Assembly (NCBI GenBank): GCA_965644315.1
Contig: CBFFRQ010000211.1
Coordinates: forward strand, 1 to 55,611
Length of the DNA stretch: 55,611 nt
Source: Caecitellus pseudoparvulus
Taxonomy: Eukaryota > Protista > Bigyra: Bicosoecida
Direction: 5' to 3'
This document shows, one piece after another, positions 45,921 through 55,611 of this stretch (within the stretch, counting starts at the first letter, position 1; the number at the start of each line of letters is the position of its first letter). A program made the translations under genes and the position numbers. Under the pieces are notes generated by a model, which did not search any database, was not told the DNA's origin, and saw nothing but the letters and a program-made list of their open reading frames with translations.

Positions 45921-47533
45921 TCACTCCCTCGCACGCTTTCGGCCCTTTCCACCACCCCCTCGCAGCACCTTCAGCTTGTCCATGCGCATCGCCACGTGGC
46001 GCTTCTTCGCCTGCGCCTTCCGACTGCGACGTGCTGCAGCTGCTGCCGGGTTCACCACCGCCTCCTGCGCCACCTGCCTCGTCCGCCGCTCCTTCGCCGC
46101 CGCCCTCGCTCGCCGCTCGCCGTTGTACGCCATCAGGAACACATCTGCGCCCATGGCACCCTGCACCGCCTCCATGACCTCACACGCCAAGGCCCCTGCC
46201 TCTGCTGCAGCGGCCGCCTGCTGGCCTTGCTCTGACCAGGATGGCGCGTCGGCCAGGCGGGGGTCGCTGGTCACGCGGTCTGCCGCCTGCACAGTGCGCA
46301 ACACTGCCCGTGCCACCGGCACAACGTAGCGCTGCAGGTCCGCCTGCGGCACCTGCCCAGCCATGATCCCGAACACGTTCAGCGCCGCTTTAGCTGCCGG
46401 CCCGCCCTTGTGCACTGCCGTGTTGCTGAGGCGCTGCAGCAGCCAGAACAGCGGGTCCCGCGTACCACTATCGTCGTGGGCGGTGTTTGTGGAGGGCGGG
46501 CTGTCACACTGCACCGCCTTGCCGCCCACCACCTCCACGCCACCCACGAGCAGGGTGGACTTGCCGGCCAAGCGAGCCGTGCGCTCGGCGAGGTGGGGCG
46601 GGATGGTGTTGCGGGAGCTGGGCGGCGTCGTGGCGTACAGCCCCGCCACTGTGAACAGCAACACCGGCGCCAGAGCCGTGTCATGCTTCCTGCTCAGCGT
46701 CCCGTCCGCCAGCTGCACACAGGTTGCCCGGGCCACGCCGAACAGGCGCTCATCGCCAGCTGGTCACGCCGCCACGCCAGGCGGTGGGGGGCAACCCCCA
46801 CGCTCGCCACTGCCACGGTGTTCAAGACGGCGCCCAGCCACCTGGCTGCTGCCGCCCGCACCCACGCGTGGAGGAACACCATGATGTCGGTCAGGGCATC
46901 CAGAGATGTCCACAGTGCACTGTGCAGCGTGGCAGCATTGGTGGTGGCATCGGACTCGTGCGCCTTCCCTGCCTTGCGCCGCCGCTTCGTGCCGCTGGCA
47001 GGCGCACTACCACTGCCACTGCCACCGGCCCCGACCGCTGCCTCGCTCAGCACACGGGGATGTACCCCCCACAGGCGCTGCAGGAGGGTGCAGGCGTAGT
47101 ACGCCGTGTCCCACGGCAGGGCTGCGGCAGCCTTGCGGGCCTGTGCCTGAGTCGCACGCCGCGCAGCCACGGCAGGCGTCACCACTCGCCTCCACCTGTC
47201 CACATCCCCGTCACCACTGGCATCACTGTCGTGGCCCTCCAGCTCCCCGCCGCCACCCGCCACTCCACTCGGCACGGCACGTGCAGTGTCAGGCGCACTC
47301 GTCTGTCCCGGCCCACTCACCACGCCCAGCAACGCCAGACTGCGCCCCCCTGCCGCGGCGGCATCATCCACGTCGCCTCCATCACCATCACCATCATCCG
47401 CCGCTGCGGCGTCCTCCTCCAAGTGCTGGGCGTGACGCATGGCTGTCGAGGCAGCGTCACTCGCCTGCACCTCCTGCATGCCCTCACGTAGAGGCGCCAG
47501 GGCTGGCCCCTCACCTCCCCCCTCATGGGTCAT
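45921..47533 (-). pseudogene. UTP20: C-terminal fragment of UTP20 (SSU processome component), frameshifted
   Basis: FLHAWVRAAAARWLG and LACEVMEAVQGAMGADVFLMAYN...QEAVVNPAAAAARRSRK match the UTP20 C-terminus as I recall it; two frames joined near 46740-46800; only about 530 codons. Confidence 0.65.
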
Positions 47534-47975
47534 GTGTCGTGTAATCTATGAAACATGGTGGGCGCGTTGTGGAAGACCATCTCCACCCTGGAATACCTTC
47601 CGAGGTTTACCTGATCCGGGCAGCAAGACCCAGTATAACAGATTTTACCCTCAAATCGCTAGGGGTGGACCGAGAGATGTCGCGTGTTGAGGCCCTTGAG
47701 GGGCGGCAAGAACTGGCTGAAGGTCTGTGTCCTTCGCATTGGTTGTCCGGGTCGATGAGGCCAGTTCCTGGCCAGCGCCCGCTGTCCAGTTGAATGGGCC
47801 AAACACCCCCCCCTTCAGCCAGCTACCAAGATCGAGCGGAGTCGGACACATTTGAGACCCCTGGCACCAATTCACACCGCCATTTTTGTGCTTCCGCACA
47901 CCCTGCTGCACGGATTGGGCCCTCGTCAGCTTCAGTGGCCAGGCACGGAGTGCGGAAATCAGTTGCTCTCGCAGC

Positions 47976-48557
47976 ATGGCTTTGGCACGCGCCGTCAGCG
48001 CCGTCAAGGCGACAGCAGTGAAGTTCAGCGGCTGGTATGATGCAAAGCTCACCCAGCACCCCATCGCCACCAAGGCTGTCACGTCGGCTGCTCTGTACAT
48101 CGTCGGGGACAGCATGGCGCAGGTGTTGGCTGGGGGCAGCTTTGACTGGGCTCGGCTGGCACGGGGCGCAGTGTGGGGCGGCCTCTTTGGCGTCATGGCA
48201 CACGGCTGGTACGGGGCGCTGGAGAAGATCGTCCTGGCAGATGGCCGTGTGGGTGCCGCCCTGCGCGTGGCGTGGGACCAGCTGACGTGGACGCCCATTG
48301 TCAACATCGCCTTCTTCGTGGTGGGCGCTGCCCTGCGCACAGGCAGCCCGGCAGAGGGCATGGCCGAGGCCCGGGACAAGCTGTGGCCGACGCTGAAGGT
48401 GAACTGGATTGTCTGGCCCGTGCTGCAGGCCGTCAACTTCACCATGGTGCCTCTGCCCTACCGTGTGCTGTACATCAACATCGCATCAGTCTTCTGGGCA
48501 GCGTACCTGTCCACCGTGCTGAACACGCCCAAAGTTGAGCCTGGTGCTCAGCGCTGA
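47976..48557 (+). CDS. Mpv17/PMP22 family membrane protein
   Basis: HPIATKAVTSAAL..GDSMAQ, FDWARL, HGWY, DQLTWTP, NWIVWPVLQAVNFTMVP..RVLYIN..FWAAYLS. Confidence 0.95.
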   Translation: MALARAVSAVKATAVKFSGWYDAKLTQHPIATKAVTSAALYIVGDSMAQVLAGGSFDWARLARGAVWGGLFGVMAHGWYGALEKIVLADGRVGAALRVAWDQLTWTPIVNIAFFVVGAALRTGSPAEGMAEARDKLWPTLKVNWIVWPVLQAVNFTMVPLPYRVLYINIASVFWAAYLSTVLNTPKVEPGAQR

Positions 48558-48582
48558 GCCCTTTCTCGCCAGTTGGATGCTG

Positions 48583-50454
48583 TCACGTTGTCTTGCCCTG
48601 CGCCAGTCGCTGCTGCAATGCAAGCAGGTGTTTGTACATGGCGCCGGTGCTGTGGTCCAGGAACATGCGGCCGGACCACACCACCCGACCAAAGTACTCG
48701 TGGTGCGCGGCAGACCCCGCATCCAGCCCCGCATCATCCACCACTGCTTGCCCCGCCACGCTCCACCCTTGCCCTGCAGCAGGCAGCACGCGAAGCAGCC
48801 GGATGTCGCTCAGCTCCCCGCTCCACGCCTGCACTTCGCTTGGCGGGATGGGGGCCTTGTGCTGCCCAGGGTCGCAGCTACCGCGCAAGGCCTTGGCGAC
48901 ACTGTCGTGTACGAGGTGTGTGTGGGCTTGCTCTGCGCCAGGGGTTGCCGTCTCATCTGGCACAGGCAGGACCTCCTCGCTCTGCACCCAGTGCGTGGCG
49001 GTGTCAGCAGCGGCGCACTGCAACGGCTGGAAGGCATCGTGGATACTGACGCCGATGTCATACTGCAGGGGCGGAGCGCTGGCATCTGAAGTCCTCCAGC
49101 TGCTCGGCAAGTCCTTGTATGCGTACTGGAGGTGGAAAAGGGACCCTGGCAGGTAGTACTGCATGCCGGAAAACGGGTGTCGGTGCATGTCGATGGGCTT
49201 GGCCAGCTGCCGGAACAACGCCTCACGGGAGGATTCGCCCACAACTGCCTTGTGCACTCGCACACACGCCACGAACAGCGGCCAGTACACGGCAGCGACA
49301 GCTTTCCAGCTCGCTGCCATGGTCGTGGCTGCACCTCGCAGCAGCGCCGCACGCAAGGGTGGCGCATGAGCAGCCCAGTGCCGCCACAGGTCGGCCAGCT
49401 CGTCCCCCCACACAAAGCCGGCCATTTCCTGGTGCACGACGAGCATGGACGCGATGTGGAATCGCGGCGTCAGGTCATCCTGGTGCACCAAGCTGTGTAT
49501 CCACCCCTCACAGCTGCGCGCGAGCGCCAGGGACATGCAGGCAGCTGGGGCAAAGCCGTACACGGAAGTGCGGTGCAGCACGCCACGCCCCGCCGTCACG
49601 CCAGTGTGTGCTCGCAGCAGGAGAGCCGCCAGACTGGCCACCCCTGCCCCCATGCTGTGACCTGTCAGCACCAGGCGGTACGTTGGGAACGCGTCGGCAG
49701 CTGCGAGCAGCGTGCCGCCCACTTCGTCCACCAGGGCCCGCGCAGCCAGAGCCATGCCGTGATGCGCTAGCCCTGAGAGAAAAGGGGCCGGCGCAGCCAT
49801 GCCGTTGATCAGCGCGTCCTCTGCGGACCAGCTGCCCCGCACAGTCAGCACGATGGTTTTGTGAGCGTGGTCCACTGTCAACATGTACGCAGCGGTGGGA
49901 ACGTCTGCACTGGCGCTCCAGTTCGCAGCCAGCAAGTCCTCGGGTGGTATGCCCAGCTGCTGCAGAGCCATCGACACTGTGGGGGCGTAGCTGGCGTGGG
50001 CATACAGGTCCCACGTCGCCATCTCAGCGACCAATGCCGTGTCTGCGACCGGCTCCAGCACCGGCTCAGTGGCCCGAAGGCGGCCGGGAGACACAGCCCC
50101 CCGCCCAATGCACACTTGTGTACGCCACAGCACCGCTGCCACCACGTGCGAAATGTCCAGAGCCAGGTGCAGCTCCTCGATTTGCCGGAAGACGTTGTCG
50201 GCCAGCAGCTCGTACCGACGCGGCAACTTGGCCATGGTGCCTGGCATCCACGACTTGGCCACCTCCCACACGCGCCGTGGCAAGCTCCAGTTGCTGCGTG
50301 GTGGGAAACGCGTCTTTGTCCCGGCAAAGTGCGCCGTTCGACGAGGGCCGCGGCTGCCAAGGCATCGCGGCCCATGCGGAATTTGGGCAGGCCCACGAAG
50401 CGCCCGGATCGCTGCGCGCCCACAGCGGGCCAAAGGCACCACGCGCACAGCCAT
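48583..50454 (-). CDS. Class 3 lipase (DAG-lipase-like); start uncertain (ATG 50454 or 50248)
   Basis: IVLTVRGSWS, AHHGM, LVLTGHSMGAGVA (GxSxG), YGFAP, DDLTPR. Confidence 0.9.
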   Translation of the reverse strand: MAVRVVPLARCGRAAIRALRGPAQIPHGPRCLGSRGPRRTAHFAGTKTRFPPRSNWSLPRRVWEVAKSWMPGTMAKLPRRYELLADNVFRQIEELHLALDISHVVAAVLWRTQVCIGRGAVSPGRLRATEPVLEPVADTALVAEMATWDLYAHASYAPTVSMALQQLGIPPEDLLAANWSASADVPTAAYMLTVDHAHKTIVLTVRGSWSAEDALINGMAAPAPFLSGLAHHGMALAARALVDEVGGTLLAAADAFPTYRLVLTGHSMGAGVASLAALLLRAHTGVTAGRGVLHRTSVYGFAPAACMSLALARSCEGWIHSLVHQDDLTPRFHIASMLVVHQEMAGFVWGDELADLWRHWAAHAPPLRAALLRGAATTMAASWKAVAAVYWPLFVACVRVHKAVVGESSREALFRQLAKPIDMHRHPFSGMQYYLPGSLFHLQYAYKDLPSSWRTSDASAPPLQYDIGVSIHDAFQPLQCAAADTATHWVQSEEVLPVPDETATPGAEQAHTHLVHDSVAKALRGSCDPGQHKAPIPPSEVQAWSGELSDIRLLRVLPAAGQGWSVAGQAVVDDAGLDAGSAAHHEYFGRVVWSGRMFLDHSTGAMYKHLLALQQRLAQGKTT

Positions 50455-50955
50455 TCTGCCTGCGTATCCAGACGACTTGCCGTGAGGCACCCCTCAGTGC
50501 TTCATGCAACAGCCACTTCGTCCTACGCCGCAATGGCGAGCGCAGTGCGCTGTCTGCTGGCCTGCAGCACAGCTCCTGCTCGCTGGCAATCACGGCGAGC
50601 CTGCTGTACCGAGGGCAGTGCCTGGCGTCGGGGAAGGCACACAATGTGTAGGGGGCGGTCGGGTTCGGTGTGTGGCATGGATTGTAGCTACTTTTCGCTG
50701 CCGCTCAGTCGCCCAAGTCAACATATCCTAAGCATCACTTGACAGTTTAAGGGCTCACGGTCAATCCGGGCAAGGGGTTTCTGCGGGCGTTTCGGGATTG
50801 CCCTCCTCACCGGCACAAAGGGGCGGCTTGTACAGTGAGCAGGGCGCCACCAAAATACAAAGGAATGCCTTCATTTGCACACCATTCCAATTCATCCGGC
50901 CGCCGTATTCTTATTTTGGTCTCTTCACCTGAGCGTGCTCTGGCCCCTGATTAGC

Positions 50956-51476
50956 ATGCCAAAACGGCCCCGGAAACGCACCCGCCGTCAAGTCACAGCT
51001 ACAGGTGGCGGCGAGGAGGCACTGAAGGGCAGAACTGCAGAGGAGCTGGCAGTTGTTGAGCTTCCAGAGGTGCCTGGCCTTGCAGCGGCCGCGGAGGAGC
51101 TGTCACCATCATGCCATGAGGACGGAACGTGGGGTAAGAGTTTCAATGGCGTTGCATGAGGCCTCCGGAGCTCCAACTTCGCCACCTCACCATCGCAGCT
51201 CAACAGCTGTACGGCGCACTGACACAGAGCGCCAAGAAAGAACTTCATGAGTGGTTACTGGAGCAAGGGGCCTCGACATTGAGTGGTGTTGAATTGGCAA
51301 CCCTGTCGTCCTCAAACACAAGGCGTGTTGGGGCTGCTCGCAGGTTCACTTGCTACACTCTGGCTGCTCGCGTGCTCCTGTGTGCTGGGCGCAGGTTTCC
51401 ACTGCCACAAGAGCTTGTGACAGTCATCCAGGATGCCTTTGGCGTCAGTGGCACTGGGTTCAAGTCATCTGGGTAG
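50956..51476 (+). CDS. KolX-like accessory protein (~151 aa; intron 51134-51198)
   Basis: C-terminal RRFTCY...GRRFPLPQELVTVIQDAF...TGFK resembles the KolX / P2X7 cytoplasmic-tail motif; GTAAGA...CCTCAC...GCAG intron joins two ORFs in frame; N-terminal NLS-like PKRPRKR. Confidence 0.7.
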
Positions 51477-51491
51477 CCAGAAATGCAATAC

Positions 51492-54400
51492 TTACTTCCC
51501 AGGAGACGGCATCGCGGCAGCCTCAGCAGCCTCCTGCGCTGCAACCTCGAAGGAGTACGCGCGCAGGGGCCCCTGGGCCAGAGGCACAGTGGCAATGTCA
51601 ACTATGTCCCCGACAGGCCGGCTGTCTTCATCGTCCCCTTCCGGCTGGGGCCTCATGCCGTACAGCCGTACACGCCGCAGGCACATCGGTCCCCCCCGCT
51701 CCGTCACGTCAGGTGCCCCTTCCTCCGGGTCCACTTCCCCGTCTGCCATGTCCAGCTTACGGGCATGGAAGAGCGACTGTGTCCACCTGCCCAGCACAAA
51801 GTACTCGATCCCGTACACGGGAACGTCGAAGGCGTCCGGGGCGTACCGAACGGCGCCGTGCTGCCACCCGTACGCTGCACCCTCCTCCTGGTCAAGGAAG
51901 CCTGTGAATGCCCGAGGCTGCTGGGCGATGAACTCTCCGCCACAACCCTCATCTTCAGTCTCTTCAAAACCCGCTTCCTCTGGTTCTTCTTCTAGGGGGA
52001 CTGCAGGGTCTTGTGTGCTTTCTGGCACCACCGGGCTCTTTCGTCGACGCCGACCACGCTTCGGCCGCCCGACGCAAGACCCTTCCACAACAGTAACTCG
52101 CCCTTGCGGCATCGGCTGTCTTGGATGTGGCCCTCCTCCACCCAGCACTGCCTTGGCTGCCCCCGCCACAACTCTGCGGGTGGCTGCGTGCTTTCCTAAC
52201 ACCTGCCGCAAGCCGGCTGTGGCAGCGAGCTTCGCGGCGCGCTCGAGCTGTGCACCGGACAGCCCCTCCACCTTATACGTGTCAATGGCAGACTTTGTCA
52301 CCTTGCTGCAGGTGACGATGCGTGCCCTGTTTTGCTTGGCCTTCCTTGCACTGCTTGCTCCAGACAGGGACTGCTCCACGGCCCGTGCCTTGCGCTCGTC
52401 ATCCTCGCTGTACACCCGCTGCATGGAGCGGGGCATGCTGCAGCCCAGCTCCTTCAAGATGACCTCTCGTGAAAGTGCACAGCCCATGTGCACGTCTGCG
52501 AGTTGCTTCAAGGTGCCATCAGGCCAGCGTGTGCGGAAGGCGTTGTCCTTTGGGGTGTACCTCCGTGCGCCAGCCCCAAAGCTTTCACACGCGTTTGTGT
52601 GGAGCAGAAGAAGGACACCCAGCGAGTCCAGCCTGACTTGGCCAACATATCCGAAGTACTGATCAAAGAGGGCTGTCATGTACTGTGCAGCTGGACCATC
52701 GGGGCTGAAGATAGCCCCAGCTCGGCAATCTCCAGGTTGCTTGTTGAAGAGCAGGTGGCACTGTGAGTGGTCGCCACAGTAGTGCTGTACGGAGATCTGC
52801 ATGAGCTCCCTGGCACGATACGGAGTTCCAAGTTGCGTTGCAATTCCTACAGCCTGCAGGACGTTGCGGCGCATCTTGCTTTGCAACCACTTCCCGGCAG
52901 CCTTGGTCTTGAGTGGAGCAGCAGCCGACCTGCTTCGCTTGGTGGCGCCTCTGGCTGTGGGGGTAGTGGGCGCAGCTGCCCCTCCTTCCTCGTCACTGTC
53001 ATCATCAAAGTCCTCTGGGTGCTGTTCGTCCTCCTCAGTTGGCCCTGCTTTCGCGTCGGCAAGTGCTGCCAGGTAGCGCTTCTGCAGGAAGCCACGCTCC
53101 AGGTCGGGGATGGCCTCCCCTGCCCCCGTGACAAGAAGCAGCTTCTGCACGAGCGGCTCAGTCAAGCGGTCGGGTTGTTCAGTCTTAGCAGCTCTGTATA
53201 ATGCTGCATAGTCGCTCTGGTTGATACGTGGCATGGCCTCCATGCTGTCAGGCTGTGGCGACGTATGGGCTGCGGCAGCTGGTCGCGCAACCTTGGCTGG
53301 GCGCGCAGCTCCCCGCGCCGCCAAGGTGCCCTGCTTGATGTCCTGGATCACTTCACGGCGTGTGATAGATGGCAGGGCTGTTGTTGCTGTCGCCAGCTTG
53401 CTTGGCATCTCAGACAGGGGCTTGCAGAAGCTCTTCATGTAGTGGTTCTTGTCAGCGACATGCACCAGAGCAAACCCGTCGAAAGCCGCATGCACAGCGG
53501 CATCCAGGTCAGTGACGATGACAGGGATCGTCTCAATGCCAATGGCTTTGAGTTCCTGCACCATTATCCCTGCTATGGCGATTTCGAGGCCCTTGGCGTT
53601 TGTGGGGAGCACTTCCCCCTCCAGGTGGCCCTGAAGCCCCCACATTGTCAGCGACGCCCGAGTGACTGCCAGGAGCGGCACACTCTTCCCAGTTACAGTG
53701 GACATGACGCACAGAGTGCCTGCCCCCCATTGTGCTCGCCTGCCTGCCAATGCGTTGTAGTAACCGTCAAAAGCTAGCACGTACGGCGTGTCGAGCGCAA
53801 TGCTCAGCTTCTCCTCAGCGGTCATCGCAGTGTGGGGCTTGTTCATACCACAAGCCTCAAGCATGGCCTTGAGATCCAGCAGCAGCTCCTTGCTTGTCCT
53901 TGTTGTGACGTCCTTCAATGTTGCAGTGAACCTCTCGCTCGCGCGCTGGGCAGTGGACCGCGACATGATGCTGATGCCAGTTGAAGCTGCGGCACGGCGG
54001 TTCTGCACTGCCGAGGAGGCCCCTGCGGCCAGGCGCAAGGCATCCACCATTGCTGACGACTGACCCCTGTCCTTCATGTTGCTGCGGAATTGGGCGCCTT
54101 TTACAGGATGCCCGCAGGGAAGCACCAGGGCGACGTTGGGCGTTGCGGTGTTGCAGTGCTGCGGCGTGTGGACCATCACCACCTCCAGCGGGCCCATAGT
54201 GCCACACTTGGCGCACTTACGGCACGCAGCACCATTGCCAGCCACGAAGTTGGTCACTGCGTTCATGTCATGTGACGTGAAGCATACGTCGCCGCCCCCG
54301 GGCACGTACACGTCTGGGTGCAGCAACTTGCTGGCCGCGCCGGTCGCACCAGCGCGTTCGGGGGGCAATTCAGCACTCGCCAGGAAGGCGCAGTCAAAGG

Positions 54401-55267
54401 GAACCCTGCTTATGCGTCTACCGGCATCTCTGGTGAGATTGGTAAGGTTGGGAACAAACGGAGATCGCTTCTTGGTGACTGGCCTGCTCCGGTAGGGCGT
54501 TCCTCCCTCACCCTCTTTCAGTACGCGCTTCGCCTGCCTATCCAGAGCGGTCCGACACGCTGCGCACATCTTGAGCTTGGCAAAGTCCTTCAAGTCCACT
54601 TCCTCAAGCCTCTGCTGAACCATTTCCTTGAACTCGGTGCTCAGCTCCTTCAGCGGCACCGCTTGCGACTTCTTCAGCTTCTGGCCTGGAGCAGTATGGC
54701 TGATGACCGTGGGGTGAGCCCGCCGGGGCGCTGAAGCTGGAGCAAGGATTGGACAGACTGGACATTCATATAAGGAAAGTGTTGGGTCCTTTTCCTTGGC
54801 TGCTTCGGCTGCACGGCGCTGCGCAACAGGATAGCGGGGTGGCAGTGAGCGTGCAAACACGCACATCGTGGGTTAGGCACGCCTTCCAGCAAGGCACCGT
54901 GACATTCGGTTGAGGCAGATGGCACACCAGAAACTAGGCAAATATTATCACGGGATTGCGGGGTTAATTGGTGCGCAATCCTCAATAGCGTTGCAGGACG
55001 TACCGCTGCAAGATGTCTTCTCTGCATCTTCAGGCAGCTGCCGCAGGCTATCCAGCTTCTGCCCTCAAAACGCGGCCCCTGCCCAGAGTGTAGCCCCCAA
55101 AGCTTATCCACAGTGTCCCTGGTAAGTTTTCTGAGCTTGCTCTTAGCCCTGCATTCACAGTTACACTTCATCCCGTGTTGTGCAGCTCTGCGGTACGGGA
55201 AGTCACAACGGTCTTGCTGGCAAGCAAGGCGCCGCAACACGGCACAACGCGCAGACCCACGGTTCAT
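51492..55267 (-). CDS. Kolobok-type DDE transposase (~1237 aa; intron 54880-54819)
   Basis: LAFDGYY, AKGLE, IVTDLD, DKNH, HYCGDHSQC, HTNACESF...YTPK; several CxxC pairs N-terminally; 62-nt phase-0 intron links a Cys-rich upstream exon. Confidence 0.82.
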
Positions 55268-55611
55268 TGTATGTGCCGTCACTTGATTTACACCTCAAGC
55301 AACGGCACACTGGCACGTCATCTCTCTGAGCAGGTGTCTGTGGGCCTTGGCGTGCCCTCTTGCTCCGCCTGGCGTTACCACGTGCTATGGCCATGATTCC
55401 TAGTACACGCTTATTGTGGATTCTGACACCAAACTACATTCAGCAGCGCACCCAGACCTTTATGCATGCTACAGTGACTGAATTAAAGTGAAATCAATCT
55501 TCTGAATTGTGTTTTACTAGCCCCACAGCCCACACTGCGCTATGGGCGTGGTGGCCCTCGAAACGCCAGCAAAACGAGACCCCGCCCATATAGCATTTGA
55601 GCCCTTAACCC

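Larger units (their letters stand above)
50751..55604. mobile_element. Kolobok DNA transposon, apparently complete (4854 bp)
   Basis: TTAA at 50747-50750 and 55605-55608; termini GGGCTCA...TGAGCCC extending to an imperfect ~46-bp TIR (GGGC, GGGGT, GGCGTTTCG blocks); convergent transposase and small accessory gene. Confidence 0.88.

Noticed and set aside
55605-55611. Window ends in TTAACCC, resembling a telomere repeat
   Set aside because: Wrong polarity for a right telomere (would be TTAGGG), a single unit only, and TTAA is explained as the Kolobok target duplication; flanking sequence is not visible.

Overview
Left end of a chromosome from a GC-rich, gene-dense unicellular eukaryote with short GT-AG introns and TTAGGG telomeres (possibly a stramenopile; inference only). 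About 98 TAACCC repeats (1-592) cap a 13.3-kb head-to-tail array of three related non-LTR retroelements, all pointing 5' end to the telomere. Unit 1 is a decayed full-length 7.46-kb element (ORF1 + APE-RT-CCHC). Units 2 and 3 are near-identical 2.93-kb ORF1-only 'half elements'. Every junction is the telomeric pentamer CTAAC, there is no poly(A), and the array sits on a 13-bp telomere scar about 220 bp from the first host gene. This is the candidate new system. Internal to it: a large propeller/SPRY/EF-hand/TM gene, a Crinkler/RHS-type NTPase-nuclease gene, an FN3-repeat pseudogene, a decayed Mutator-like transposase, UBA1, a TTLL6-like glutamylase, an SSS transporter, an RsuA-family pseudouridine synthase, a pseudokinase-ankyrin gene, a UTP20 C-terminal fragment, Mpv17/PMP22, a class 3 lipase, and an apparently intact Kolobok DNA transposon (TTAA-flanked, transposase + KolX-like gene). 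All assignments come from motif reading by eye; no searches were run.
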